Shown here: in pieces, positions 1-10,502 of the stretch
How positions within the stretch are numbered: position 1 is the stretch's first letter
How the letters are laid out: every line of letters starts with the position of its first letter
NCBI GenBank assembly: GCA_963827165.1
Contig: CAWGZR010000011.1
Location: forward strand, 1-64,000
Reading direction: 5' to 3'
Source of the DNA: Candidatus Bathyarchaeota archaeon
GTDB taxonomy: Archaea; Thermoproteota; Bathyarchaeia; Bathyarchaeales; Bathycorpusculaceae
Length of the DNA: 64,000 bases
Position numbers and translations under genes: made by a program
Notes under the pieces: model-generated
The model's input: only the letters and a program-made list of their open reading frames with translations
Database searches by the model: none
What the model was told of the DNA's origin: nothing

Positions 1-6
1 CACTGC

Positions 7-456
7 TTACAGCAGCTCAACGGGGTAACCTTTTATCTGAAGTTTCTTGTACTGTGTCTCTTCGTCTGCCGTTATGCACGCGGTTTTTCTATGTTCTGCA
101 ATCGCAACTGGGAGGGCATCGTAAAAAGTGACTTTGCCATCATACGCTATCTCAGTTGTCCTCCTCATCAGCCCCTCGGTTAGATGCGTAACCCTCATAT
201 GAAGGCTGAAAAGTTGGAGAAGAGCGTCTTTCAATTTCTCGGCGTGGTAGTCAGGTTTGTACCTCAAGGCATTTCCAACCTCACAGAACAAAATATCTGA
301 AACAGTCAGTTCAACCGACCCTTGCACAAAGGAATCCAAAATCGCTAACGCTTCAATTGACTTGGTTTCCTTGCTATACCACTTAACTGCGACGGAGGAA
401 TCTAGAATTATTTCGCGGAGTCTCTCCACTTCCGTATCTCCTTGGCGCCATTCCAT
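7..456 (-). CDS. vapC: PIN-domain VapC-type toxin
   Basis: ILDSSVAVKW N-terminal motif, EVGNAL and TFYDAL motifs; overlaps the upstream antitoxin. Confidence 0.85.
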   Translation of the reverse strand: MEWRQGDTEVERLREIILDSSVAVKWYSKETKSIEALAILDSFVQGSVELTVSDILFCEVGNALRYKPDYHAEKLKDALLQLFSLHMRVTHLTEGLMRRTTEIAYDGKVTFYDALPVAIAEHRKTACITADEETQYKKLQIKGYPVELL

Positions 457-665
457 TCCGCTTTGCTATCGGCTCTTAACTTCTTAATCGACTCTGCAGC
501 GCACTGCATCTCTTCTCTACGCGCAGCCTCCTCAAACGCCTTCCTTGCGACTTGGCTCCAATTAATCTTCTTGCAACGTTGCATGCGATCTTTGAGTTCC
601 CCGGGAACTCGTATAGTTATGTTACTCACGCACATCATCCACGCACATGATTTTTGCAAATACAT
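408..665 (-). CDS. RHH-type antitoxin (VapB-like)
   Basis: ITIRVPGELKDRM...INWSQVAR ribbon-helix-helix pattern directly upstream of the PIN gene; true start probably ~638. Confidence 0.75.
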   Translation of the reverse strand: MYLQKSCAWMMCVSNITIRVPGELKDRMQRCKKINWSQVARKAFEEAARREEMQCAAESIKKLRADSKAEWNGAKEIRKWRDSAK

Positions 666-717
666 TACGGAAAGTTTACCATAAATACTTTCCTATGCCA
701 GGCAAATTTTTCTCGAT

Positions 718-785
718 GCTCAGTACGGATAGAGCACCAGCCTCCTAATTTGGGGGTCGAGGGTTCAAATCCCTCCCCTGCATCA
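718..785 (+). pseudogene. degenerate tRNA-Arg(CCT)-like remnant
   Basis: D arm GCTC-AGTACGGATA-GAGC, anticodon loop CT-CCT-AA, T arm GAGGG-TTCAAAT-CCCTC; 5' acceptor strand missing and anticodon stem mismatched. Confidence 0.6.
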
Positions 786-1005
786 ATATCTGCGGTTTAG
801 AGCTGATATGATTGCAGCGGTCAAACAAATTAAATTCACAAGATGGAACAAAAACAAAGAAGGAAAAGTGGAAGATCCTATGTTTCTTGTTCAACCGGAG
901 AAGTTTGAACCATGAAGCGTAGCGGTGACAGAGTCGTTCAAAATGGTTTGTAAGTCTTTGTTACTTGACCAGAATTCTTCTCAATGGGAAAAATCGTCAC
1001 CTAAG

Positions 1006-1224
1006 CTATATTTCGTTGTAGAGGTTGCAGGTTGGACACTTTAACACAACATTCTTGAATTTTCCTTCGATGATATTCTCGCCTATCTTTGCTCCACAAT
1101 TACCACATAGATAAGTAGTATCGCCGCCCTTGCTTTTTATTACTGGCAACGTTTTAGAAGCAAAAACGGTTGTTCCCTTTTTCGGTTCGGGTATAGTTTT
1201 TAGTTTTCTGTCCATTTTATCCAC
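1006..1224 (-). CDS. small zinc-ribbon protein
   Basis: CGNC...CPTC pair. Confidence 0.65.
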   Translation of the reverse strand: MDKMDRKLKTIPEPKKGTTVFASKTLPVIKSKGGDTTYLCGNCGAKIGENIIEGKFKNVVLKCPTCNLYNEI

Positions 1225-1310
1225 TTACTTCTGTTCTACTGGTTTGATTCGAATTATAAGTTTATTGCTTTCTGCTTCTTTTCCATTTATGTTTCGAATC
1301 AATTAGAGTG

Positions 1311-1362
1311 GAAAAAAGAGAATTTTGCGAGTGAAATCTCTTTTAGCGCGTAGGATCAAATC
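1311..1362 (+). repeat. 52-bp repeat, copy 1 (hairpin plus T-arm-like tail)
   Basis: 50/52 identical to 5143-5194. Confidence 0.85.
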
Positions 1363-1589
1363 ATTTCCCTCCTGTCAAGAGCTAATTACAGCTATTCTGT
1401 CTAGCTGATTATGTTGATATTTGATTTCTGGCTTCAATTGCAGTTATTGTTTGCCTATCGTTTGAATCATTAAGTCCTCAACGAAATACTTTTGCGTTAG
1501 CAACAAGATGCACGCAAAAGACTCAAAACTTCGCCCGGGGGGCCATGGGTTGCTTTACTTAGAGAGAATGTCAAAATATGAAACTAGAT

Positions 1590-1973
1590 TTAGCCTTCTA
1601 GTTGTAATCTACTTAACCTTTCTCGAACTGTAGCAATGAGTTCTTCAGCTTTAACAGGCTTGACTAGAAAATCGTCAGCTCCATAATCTGCAGCTTTTTT
1701 TCCAACTTCATCTGTGGAAAAGCCTGTAACAACGATTTTGATTGTTTTAGGATTACTTGGTATCTTGAGGAGAAGTTCGGTTCCGTCCATATCGGGAAGC
1801 TTGACATCAACCAAGTACACGCTGAACTTTGCTTTTTTTATTTTCTTGAGAGCGTCTTTGCCTGTCGCAGCGGTATCAACGGAGTATCCTTCTTTTTCTA
1901 AAACACTTTTAAAAACTCTCAAAATATTTGCATCGTCATCTACTACAAGAATTTGGTTTTTTTTCCAGTTCAT
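1590..1973 (-). CDS. single-domain response regulator receiver
   Basis: ILVVDDD, DVKLPDMDG, VTG and KP motifs. Confidence 0.9.
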   Translation of the reverse strand: MNWKKNQILVVDDDANILRVFKSVLEKEGYSVDTAATGKDALKKIKKAKFSVYLVDVKLPDMDGTELLLKIPSNPKTIKIVVTGFSTDEVGKKAADYGADDFLVKPVKAEELIATVRERLSRLQLEG

Positions 1974-2224
1974 TTAACTCCTCCATCATGCGTTAAGAAA
2001 TTTGGATATGGTTTCGGGGATGGCGGTTTTTCCCGAATCACCTGTTACGGCGGCTTGATTCTGTTTGTCTATATATGAACGAGTAATACTTAGATATATA
2101 TTATCGGATAGGTATCCATCTTTTGAAGGACTTTTTCTGAAACTAAAAATGAGGTAAAGAAGCGAAAACATTCGTCTCTTACGGAAAGCGAAGCTTAATC
2201 ATCTTTTTCACTATGGACAGAATA

Positions 2225-3883
2225 TCAATTTTTTGAGTTTTGTCTTTTTCTTAATGCAAGCATTCCAACAACTATTCCTACGATGACTACGAAGGCAACT
2301 ATTCCATAGGTTGACGCTTGAGGCAAAATTGATTGCGCCAAATTTAGGTTAGGTAAAGCTGTGGGGTTAGGCGTCGTTTCTGATTGTATCGTTGTTATTG
2401 AAGCATTTGGCGCTGTTGTAGGACATGATGTAGTTGTAGTTAATGATGTTTGAAGAGGCGTTGGAGCTGGTGTTGGTGCTGAAGAAGGTATGGACAATGC
2501 GGTTGGCAGTGGAGCGGGCGATGTAGGGGTTATAGTGGGCGTAGCCGATGAGGTTGGCGTCGGAGTATCAGTCGGTTTCGGTGTTGGAGAAGGTGTAAGG
2601 GTCGCCACTGGAGTCACATTGGGAGTTGGAGCGGGAGTTTGAGTTGGGAAAGAAGAAGGCGTAGGCGATGGAGTTGGCGTAGGCGAGCCTAATGCATAAA
2701 TGTTGCCGTCGTCGGAGGCTATATAGAGTACGCCATCGACAACAGCTGCCGACGAATCGATAATGCTGTCAGTGGTATAATTCCAAATTACTGTTCCGCT
2801 ATAAGCATCCAAAGCACAAACACATCCGTTTACGGTTTGTGGCGTTAAGTTTAACCCAAATCCTATGTAGACTATGCCAGCGACAACAGCGGGAGATGAC
2901 CAAGAAATCTGCCCTGTAGGACCGAGGCTATAATTCCAGAGGCTATCGCCGTTAGTCGCATTTAACGCATTAGAACCCATGTAAACGATTCCGTTAGCAA
3001 CCGCATCCGTTGAATCGCCGCCGTTTGTAGGGGAACTCCAGATTAATGCTCCGTCTGTAGCATTCAAAGCATAACCTCCGACGTATATTATTCCGTTGGC
3101 AACTGCAGGAGACATTTGAGCATAATAGCCTAAGGTGGCGTTCCAGATGTACGCGCCGTTCGCAGCGGTCAAAGCGTAAACGCCGTTATCAGAGCCTATG
3201 TAAACTACGCCGTTGACCACAGCTGGTGACGAATAAACATAGTTGCTACCGCCACTTCCAGGGACTTCATAACTCCAGATGTACGCGCCATTTGCAGCAT
3301 TCAAAGCGTAAACATTGCCATTTACGCCTCCAAAGTAAACTACGCCGTCAACAACAGTGGGAGATGAATAAATATAGTTGTCAACAACTCCGTTGGTTTC
3401 CTCAGTGTGATAATTCCATATTTGTTTGCCTTCAGTTGCATTCAACGCGTAAATGTAGCCGTCTAAGTCACCAATGTAGACTACGCCGTTGATAACCGCT
3501 GGAGAGGACTCAAAAATGGGCCCGGCTGTAGTGAAATTCCAGATTTCGTCGCCGTTTACATCGTTTAAAGCATAAACAATGCCGATATTGGGATAAGCGG
3601 GCGGCGAAGTGCCGTTGTACTGCGAAGAACCTATGTAGACTACGCCATTTACGACTGCTGGAGATGAATAAACCCAGCTGTTATGAGTACCGCCCGTGTT
3701 GTAGTTCCAAAGTAACGTAGATGTAAGCGCCGGATTGCCTGAGCCTGTACCATTGCGCGATGGATCCGCGTGAAACATTGCCCAGTCTGCGTTCGCAAAC
3801 GGAATTAAAACTGCACTGAAAAGAAAAATCATGCAAACAACAGGTACTACCACATGCACCTTAGTCATACGAATAAAATCCAT
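2225..3883 (-). CDS. secreted PQQ-like beta-propeller protein with Pro/Thr linker and C-terminal membrane anchor
   Basis: repeated SSPAVVNGVVYIGS...YALNA..G..IW motifs, signal peptide, PT-rich tract, C-terminal TM followed by basic tail. Confidence 0.9.
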   Translation of the reverse strand: MDFIRMTKVHVVVPVVCMIFLFSAVLIPFANADWAMFHADPSRNGTGSGNPALTSTLLWNYNTGGTHNSWVYSSPAVVNGVVYIGSSQYNGTSPPAYPNIGIVYALNDVNGDEIWNFTTAGPIFESSPAVINGVVYIGDLDGYIYALNATEGKQIWNYHTEETNGVVDNYIYSSPTVVDGVVYFGGVNGNVYALNAANGAYIWSYEVPGSGGSNYVYSSPAVVNGVVYIGSDNGVYALTAANGAYIWNATLGYYAQMSPAVANGIIYVGGYALNATDGALIWSSPTNGGDSTDAVANGIVYMGSNALNATNGDSLWNYSLGPTGQISWSSPAVVAGIVYIGFGLNLTPQTVNGCVCALDAYSGTVIWNYTTDSIIDSSAAVVDGVLYIASDDGNIYALGSPTPTPSPTPSSFPTQTPAPTPNVTPVATLTPSPTPKPTDTPTPTSSATPTITPTSPAPLPTALSIPSSAPTPAPTPLQTSLTTTTSCPTTAPNASITTIQSETTPNPTALPNLNLAQSILPQASTYGIVAFVVIVGIVVGMLALRKRQNSKN

Positions 3884-4092
3884 ATAGAGTCTTAAGCTAA
3901 AAGACTATAAACGCCTATGTTGTTACATTTGGAAACCACAAAAATTTTGCTTTGAAAAACTCGCTTTAAAGGCCGGATAAAACTGGTTATTCAAAAAAAA
4001 CTACATTAACACCAAATTTTTCTTTTGAAACCTTTATCAAATAAATAGTTCAAAAGAAAAAGCAGAGGAAGAAAAAAAGCATAGACAATTGT

Positions 4093-4377
4093 CTATTGCA
4101 TTTTATGTTCTTTGAGAACGGTCATCGGTGAGGTGCTTGTATCGGCGATGCCGGGCATGGCTCTTAAGATTTCGCCAATGAAGTGAAGGCTATTTTCGTT
4201 GCTATCAGCATTGAAGAAAATGACGAAATCCCAGTATCCATATAAGCTCCATGAAGACTCGACCATTATTCCCTTCATGGGCTCGGTAGGCATTTTGTTG
4301 AACGCTTCCCAGAACTCGCCGCCCTTTCCTGCAATCGTTTTGACTAAAACTTGATATTTCATCATGCTTTTTTCCAA
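4093..4377 (-). CDS. GYD-like / Lrp ligand-binding ferredoxin-fold protein
   Basis: YGYWDFVIFF motif; paralog of 11390..11671. Confidence 0.6.
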   Translation of the reverse strand: MEKSMMKYQVLVKTIAGKGGEFWEAFNKMPTEPMKGIMVESSWSLYGYWDFVIFFNADSNENSLHFIGEILRAMPGIADTSTSPMTVLKEHKMQ

Positions 4378-4834
4378 TTAAAACACCATTCTTATTTTTG
4401 TAAACATGCCTTTAAGACTCTGTGATTGCATAACCACAGCAACACTCGTTCAACCGGTCCAACACCGAGTTCGATTCTCATTAAAGAACCATCATAAGCC
4501 AACAGAATTTCCATTGTAAGCATTTTCGATGTTCGCTTATGTGGAAAATCTAATGTTTGCGGTGTATAAAATTCATTAAAAATCAAACAGCCTTTACAAA
4601 CAAATAAGTGGAATTCAACTGAGGAGAGGTTTTGATTTTCGGCGTAAGGCGTCTGCTTGGCCACAAAATAGCAAATTTGCCAAACTTCACACGCATTGTT
4701 AAGTTGAGTTTGCAAAAATTGATTAAAGTTGACAATTAACGTTATTTGATTTCTCAAAAAACTATAAAATAAAATCTAAACATTCCTCTAAAGCGAGCAA
4801 GAAAGCAGGCTTTATTTGGAGGAAAAAAGAAACA

Positions 4835-5056
4835 ATGGAAACCGAAGAATTAGCATCTTTAGCGAAGAAAGTAAGAAACTCTTTGCCCAATGTGGAAACG
4901 TTTCCACTAGCTACAATCTATTCTACCATCAAGGAGAAAGAGAAAACGAATCTGAATTTACCCGACTTTAAGGAACTTATTTTTCATCTGACTGGCTGGG
5001 ACATACCATTCCAAGTTATAAGTAGACAACTTGAAATTAACAAGATAGTATGGTGA
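4835..5056 (+). CDS. hypothetical protein
   Basis: ATG preceded by GGAGG; no recognised motif. Confidence 0.5.
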   Translation: METEELASLAKKVRNSLPNVETFPLATIYSTIKEKEKTNLNLPDFKELIFHLTGWDIPFQVISRQLEINKIVW

Positions 5057-5142
5057 GCGCCAGCGCCAGGAATCGATATATCGCCGATTTTCCTTATCCC
5101 CAAAATTATGAAATTCAACACAAATTATCAGGTCAGATTAAA

Positions 5143-5194
5143 GAAAAAAGAGAATTTTGCGAGTGAAATCTCTTTCAGGGCGTAGGATCAAATC
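5143..5194 (+). repeat. 52-bp repeat, copy 2
   Basis: 50/52 identical to 1311-1362; followed by CCCTCCCACCCGCCA, which resembles a tRNA 3' end. Confidence 0.85.
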
Positions 5195-5573
5195 CCCTCC
5201 CACCCGCCACGGATCCTTTTGCAAACAAAAAAGATGTTTATTATGGAAAGAATGAGCCTCCAACGCAAGAACTGGAATGGTCAAAGCCCGTCAATTTTTC
5301 TTTTGTTTGTGCTGGTGAATCTTGCGATTGGGTAAAAGTACAAAATAGCTTGGCTGTTTAGCGATAGCACCCCACTGAGTAGTGATGAGTTGGTTTTCTA
5401 ATTGTTGCTAAAATTAAGTCTGAAGTGGACTTCATAAATAGAATAGAGATAAGTCTTAAATCTGAAAAGCTAGAAGTAGAATTGAAGAAAATGAATCGTA
5501 GATACAGTGTAATTATTTCAGTTATTATGATAAAAACAATTGGGGTCTATTAAGCCTTAAAGGAAAAAGCAGT

Positions 5574-5822
5574 ATGAGCGAAAATGCTGTCGCAAAAAAA
5601 GCCCGGGAGAAACGACCCATAAAAGTAATAAGCCAAGATTTGGATGAATTGAAAAAGAAGCAAATGCTATCTCAGTCCCTCGAAAACACAATATTTGACA
5701 AAGAAAAGCACATACGTTTCACAATAGACCTGATCAAGTATCTAACTGCTGAATTAGCAAATACGAAAGAAGAATTAGAGCTTCTAAAAAAACGTGCACA
5801 ATCAACTAAAGAATTGAACTAA
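5574..5822 (+). CDS. small coiled-coil protein
   Basis: heptad-rich 82-aa ORF upstream of the SNF2 gene. Confidence 0.5.
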   Translation: MSENAVAKKAREKRPIKVISQDLDELKKKQMLSQSLENTIFDKEKHIRFTIDLIKYLTAELANTKEELELLKKRAQSTKELN

Positions 5823-5928
5823 TTTTGGATGCGTCTTAGGGTTTTTTGAATGCAGATATTTTCTTTGGATTGCTTTTTTTCAACCCTTCATCTTTTTATA
5901 GTGAGGTGGCAAGTAGAACGCGATACTC

Positions 5929-7953
5929 TTGTCTGTTAAGTTCAAAGCTGATAGCAAGGGCCAACAACCCGATTCATTAATTTTCAATCTTAACGCGAAT
6001 ATTTGTGAAAAATACACTATGAATAAAGCGCTCGAATCATCCACAAAAAAAAGTGACACACTCAATACGCATCCGCCCCCCGCAAAAAACGTCAGAAGAA
6101 AAATGCGAAGCAGACCATTCTCCAACACGTCAAAAACAGGTCCAACCCAAAGTCTTGAACTTGAAGAAGAAACAACAGCTGGGAAAGTTAGTCACAAGTA
6201 TTTTTGCAGTTTTTCCGACCCATATAACATAAAAAGCCTAATAGAAACCAAATCAGTTTCAAATTTTGAAAGTTTCAGACTTCACCTAGAAGCGCTCGAA
6301 ATCAAGCGCTCATGCCAAATTGACAAATTAATTTCTGCAGACGCTCTACGAGCGAAAATAGTACCCTATGATTTTCAAATGCAAATTGCTCTTCAAGTAA
6401 TAAACGAAATGAAAGGAAACGCTATACTGGCTGATGAAGTTGGGCTCGGAAAGACAATAGAGGCTGGCCTCATCATGAAAGAGCTGATCCTGAGAGACGA
6501 AATAGACTCGATTCTAATCATAGCTCCAAAAAGCCTGCTGTCACAATGGAACTCTGAGATGACCGAAAAATTTGGAGAAACCTTCGCCATAGCCAATAAC
6601 CATAAGGTGGATTTGAAGACAGCTAACAGAATAATCTGCTCACACAACCTTATTGCAAGAAAACATGATGAGTTTGCAAGTAGAACTTGGGATTTAATTG
6701 TGGTAGATGAAGCTCACGCTTTTAGAAATACCCACAGCAAGGGGCGAGGCTGCTTGGCGAACCTTAGTAAAAATCATTTTTTGCTACTTACTGCCACGCC
6801 ATTATGTAATAAGCTAACGGATTTGTACAGTATTGTCGATTTGATTCAGCCCGGCGTTTTTGACAGTGAACGCTTGTTCGTTTCGCGATTCGCTGAAGAC
6901 GCCAAAAGCCGCGTAGTAAAACCTGAAGGGGCTTATCAGTTGAGGCAAATACTCGGAAATGTGATGTGTCGTACTCGAAGAGAACAAACCGGCATGCCAT
7001 TTACAAAGCGTTACGTTGACTCAAGAACTCTTGAGGCTGATGAACGAGAACGAGAATTCATTGATAAGGCAACTGAATACCTTCGAGATGTTTACCAGAA
7101 TAATTTCAAAACAATTGAGACTTTAATGAAGGAGAATCCAGCTAGAAAAATAAGTGATTCCCAAAGCAAAGCGATTCTAGTCTTCCAAGCGATTGCTCTG
7201 CAGCAGTCTTTTTCAAGCTCTCCAGAAGCCTCAATTGAATCACTTCAGAAAAGACAGCAACGTTTTCCCTCAGAAACTCAAGCCACAAATAAACTGATTG
7301 AAATGGCAAAACAAGCCAAGAGCTCAAAGATTAAACTCCTAAAACAGGTTCTCAACGAAATTCCAAATGAACAAGCACTAATATTTTGCCTAAGAAGAAT
7401 TACAGCTCATAAACTTAAAGAAATGCTAGACCAAGAATTTGGCAAAGCCGCTGTATTTTTAGGCGATATGAACCAACTCGAAAGAGACAGCGTGATTTCA
7501 GCATTCAAAAAAGGTGAAGTCAAATATCTCGTTGCAACCGACTCAGCAGCAGAAGGGTTGAACCTTCAGAATTGTTGTGTAATGTTTAATTATGATTTGC
7601 ACTGGAACCCCATGAAAATTGAACAGCGAATCGGGCGAATTCATAGGTACAAGCAGGACCGCGACGTCACCATCTTCAATTTAAGCATAAAAGACACTAT
7701 CGATGACTATGTTCTTCATATTTTATACCAAAAAATCGATTTATTTAACATGACTGTAGGCAAAATGGAAACCGTTTTAGCGGAATTGAAAGAAGGGTCT
7801 CAAGATATACAAAAAACAATCATGGCTATTTTGCTAAGAAGCAATTCTCGGCTCGACGTTAGGAACAATATAGAAAAACTCGCTGCCGACTTGAGTGTTT
7901 CGAGAAAAAATCAAGAGTTGGCGGAAAAGTTCTCGCATGGTGTTCTTGATTGA
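5929..7953 (+). CDS. SNF2-family helicase/ATPase (YqhH-like)
   Basis: LADEVGLGKTIEAG, VVDEAH, LTATP, EGLNLQ and WNPMKIEQRIGRIHR motifs; real start may be ATG at 6019 or later. Confidence 0.92.
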   Translation: MSVKFKADSKGQQPDSLIFNLNANICEKYTMNKALESSTKKSDTLNTHPPPAKNVRRKMRSRPFSNTSKTGPTQSLELEEETTAGKVSHKYFCSFSDPYNIKSLIETKSVSNFESFRLHLEALEIKRSCQIDKLISADALRAKIVPYDFQMQIALQVINEMKGNAILADEVGLGKTIEAGLIMKELILRDEIDSILIIAPKSLLSQWNSEMTEKFGETFAIANNHKVDLKTANRIICSHNLIARKHDEFASRTWDLIVVDEAHAFRNTHSKGRGCLANLSKNHFLLLTATPLCNKLTDLYSIVDLIQPGVFDSERLFVSRFAEDAKSRVVKPEGAYQLRQILGNVMCRTRREQTGMPFTKRYVDSRTLEADEREREFIDKATEYLRDVYQNNFKTIETLMKENPARKISDSQSKAILVFQAIALQQSFSSSPEASIESLQKRQQRFPSETQATNKLIEMAKQAKSSKIKLLKQVLNEIPNEQALIFCLRRITAHKLKEMLDQEFGKAAVFLGDMNQLERDSVISAFKKGEVKYLVATDSAAEGLNLQNCCVMFNYDLHWNPMKIEQRIGRIHRYKQDRDVTIFNLSIKDTIDDYVLHILYQKIDLFNMTVGKMETVLAELKEGSQDIQKTIMAILLRSNSRLDVRNNIEKLAADLSVSRKNQELAEKFSHGVLD

Positions 7954-9413
7954 GCGCAAAACATCCGAACTCCAAGATTCGCACATTTATTGGTTCATAT
8001 GTTAAATCCAAAAAAGGAGAATTAATTGAGCAATCAGGCGAAATTTTCTCGGTAAAATACCCAAACCAAACAAGCGCTACGGAGTATACTTATGAACCTT
8101 CAGTAGCACGTGAGAAAAAGAAGCTTTTGATAGCGCCTGGCAGTCCAATTTTCAAGCAAATATTGGATGATTGTTTAGAAAACGGTATTCTATGCCAAGT
8201 AAAAGTAAACTTGAAGGGCGAATTTGAAGCACTACTCAAAAACTTCTTTAAAGATTCACCAGTCGATTGTCAGGAATGCCAAAAGATAGCTGAAGGAAAT
8301 GAAAATTTTAGTATCTGCGAAAAAACCCAATCCTGTTATCACCAGATAAACAATGGAAAAATAGTTTCAGTTAAAATCATTAAAGAAGAGCCAGTTAGGT
8401 TTTATCAATTTTATTTCTCTGCAGTATTCCGCAACAAATTAAGGCTAAAGAATGAAGAATTGATCACAATTTTGATTGATGAGAATGCCAATATTGTCAG
8501 TATTGAGGATTTTAGCGGAAAAAACATTTGGGATAATGAAGCAATAGAGATTCAAGATTTTAAGGCAAAGCTTAACCCAATGGCCTTTGATGAGTTGAAA
8601 GGGGCAGCAGAAAAAGAATTGGTGGCTGTTCTAAAGGAAAAATTAGTTCTTTTTGATTTACCACTTAGCAAAGAGAAAGAGGGTAAATTGAAAAGCTTCG
8701 ATAGGCGACTAAGGAGAGAACGTATTGAGCAGGCTATAAACAATAAATATGATTTGGACCTTCAGAAGTGGCAAGCCACCTACGAAGCGCTCATGAGAAA
8801 AGAAGAAGAATCATTAACAACCAACATAGCAGTAAAATTCATCAACCTACTTGTAATCAATACATCCAACGTTAGCTTTGAACTGAAGGTTGATAATAAC
8901 GCAACCATACGTTCAGCAATTATTCTAGGTATTAATCACATTCCCGAAGTCAATTGCCAAATATGCCGGAATGCCCTCTCCGAGGGTTACGCAACCGAAG
9001 ATTCCTTCTACGTTTGCGAAAACTGCATAAGGCAATCCATCGACACCGGAAAAATTTACTCAAAAAAAGCACCCCTAAAACTAGATGAAACCTTAAACGA
9101 ATATTTTGAGCAAGACGCAGGCTTTGTCTGTTCAGTTTGTGGCAAGAAACACAGTCGCTTACTAGAATTCAAATGCAGCTATGACGATTCAAGCGTATGC
9201 ATTTTTCACTTCGATCATTGCGATTTGTGCGGCGAAGTTTTCTCAAAACTTAACCTGACTTCCACACGTGAATTCAAACGAAAATTATGTCCAAAACACG
9301 CTGCCAAATGCGAAAGCTGCAACTCAATCGTTGGAGTTGACGAAATCAAGATTTGTAAAACAACTGGGGAAAGATTGTGTACAACTTGTGTGGATAAATC
9401 GAGGAAGCGTTAA
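7950..9413 (+). CDS. SNF2 partner protein (YqhG-like) with Cys-rich C-terminal zinc-finger array
   Basis: 4-nt overlap with the SNF2 gene; PGSPIF motif, coiled-coil middle, many CxxC/CxxH at the C-terminus. Confidence 0.6.
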   Translation: MSAKHPNSKIRTFIGSYVKSKKGELIEQSGEIFSVKYPNQTSATEYTYEPSVAREKKKLLIAPGSPIFKQILDDCLENGILCQVKVNLKGEFEALLKNFFKDSPVDCQECQKIAEGNENFSICEKTQSCYHQINNGKIVSVKIIKEEPVRFYQFYFSAVFRNKLRLKNEELITILIDENANIVSIEDFSGKNIWDNEAIEIQDFKAKLNPMAFDELKGAAEKELVAVLKEKLVLFDLPLSKEKEGKLKSFDRRLRRERIEQAINNKYDLDLQKWQATYEALMRKEEESLTTNIAVKFINLLVINTSNVSFELKVDNNATIRSAIILGINHIPEVNCQICRNALSEGYATEDSFYVCENCIRQSIDTGKIYSKKAPLKLDETLNEYFEQDAGFVCSVCGKKHSRLLEFKCSYDDSSVCIFHFDHCDLCGEVFSKLNLTSTREFKRKLCPKHAAKCESCNSIVGVDEIKICKTTGERLCTTCVDKSRKR

Positions 9414-9418
9414 GAACT

Positions 9419-10342
9419 TTGAGGTTTAACGGCGTTTTAGCGGAAATCAAAGAGCGACATTCAACCATCGACTTAACACTTTTCATTCAAGAGAAACTTC
9501 AACTACCCGACTACAAAGCGGGGGAATTGGCTGCCCGGATTGAAAAACAATTCTTCCCAAAAGAAACAAACGAAACTGAACGAAAATCCGTCAGAAGAAT
9601 TCTGCAAAAAAACAATAAATCTCAGTGTCCCATCAAAACAAGCGTTTATTCAGTTGATCGTCTCTCAGGAAAGGAATTTGAATTATTTATAGGCTGGCTG
9701 TTTGAAGAGCTAGGATATGAGGTCCATTCAGAAAAGCATTCAACTTATTTAGGGGTTGACTTAGTGGCCGCAAAGGATGGCGAGTTGGTTGCCATTCAAG
9801 CCCGAAGATATCCCCAAACCTACAAGATATCCGACCTCATTGTTCTATTGTCACAGAATGCAATGCGTATCCGGGAGTGCAAGAGATCAATTGTTTTAAT
9901 CACCTCGTATTTTACTCAACAAGCAACGGATTATGCTCAAAGGTTTAATGTTGAACTTTGGGACTGCGAAACTCTTGCATGTAAGATTGACGAAGCAAGG
10001 AAAAAAACCAATGAAAAAGCGCAATCTTGTTTTCCCCAGTATACTGGGCTACTCGCTGAAACTCTTTTAAATTTTGAAACAACCGAAGATTTCATCTTAG
10101 AGCCCAGAACAGGTGGAAAATACGATTTGCATCTTGTGGGGGTGAAATTTCCTCTCTTAACTTTTCAGGCTTACGCTAATGAAGTCAAGCGATGTGTCTA
10201 CAGAATCATAAATAACAAACCAGTCGGAGAACATGACGGTGTTGTATTGATTAGTATTGACCGCGACGGCAAAAGGATCGGTCCAAATGAAACAACCGCC
10301 TACGCCTTAATCATTCAATATCTTGAAACATTTTTGGCATAA
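9419..10342 (+). CDS. Mrr-like (Mrr_cat) restriction endonuclease domain protein
   Basis: GKEFELFIGWLFEELGYEV...GVDLVA...AIQARRY...ITSYFTQQA...ELWD. Confidence 0.8.
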   Translation: MRFNGVLAEIKERHSTIDLTLFIQEKLQLPDYKAGELAARIEKQFFPKETNETERKSVRRILQKNNKSQCPIKTSVYSVDRLSGKEFELFIGWLFEELGYEVHSEKHSTYLGVDLVAAKDGELVAIQARRYPQTYKISDLIVLLSQNAMRIRECKRSIVLITSYFTQQATDYAQRFNVELWDCETLACKIDEARKKTNEKAQSCFPQYTGLLAETLLNFETTEDFILEPRTGGKYDLHLVGVKFPLLTFQAYANEVKRCVYRIINNKPVGEHDGVVLISIDRDGKRIGPNETTAYALIIQYLETFLA

Positions 10343-10502
10343 CGTAAAACAACTCAAAGCTTGTTTAGGATTGGTCCGAATGAAATGGTTGTTAGCGCCA
10401 AATCTTCCACTTTCGTGATTTTCAAATCTCTGCTTCTGCAAGAACTTGTCGGTACCACAAGCTAAGAAAAATAATTCGGAAAATGCTGGCAAGCAATTGT
10501 CA

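Noticed and set aside
2380-2690. Low-complexity repeats here and at ~61560-61730
   Set aside because: They encode Pro/Thr linkers of surface proteins.
5050-5076. Possible reverse tRNA 3' end (att site)
   Set aside because: Spacing from T loop to CCA is wrong; match too short.
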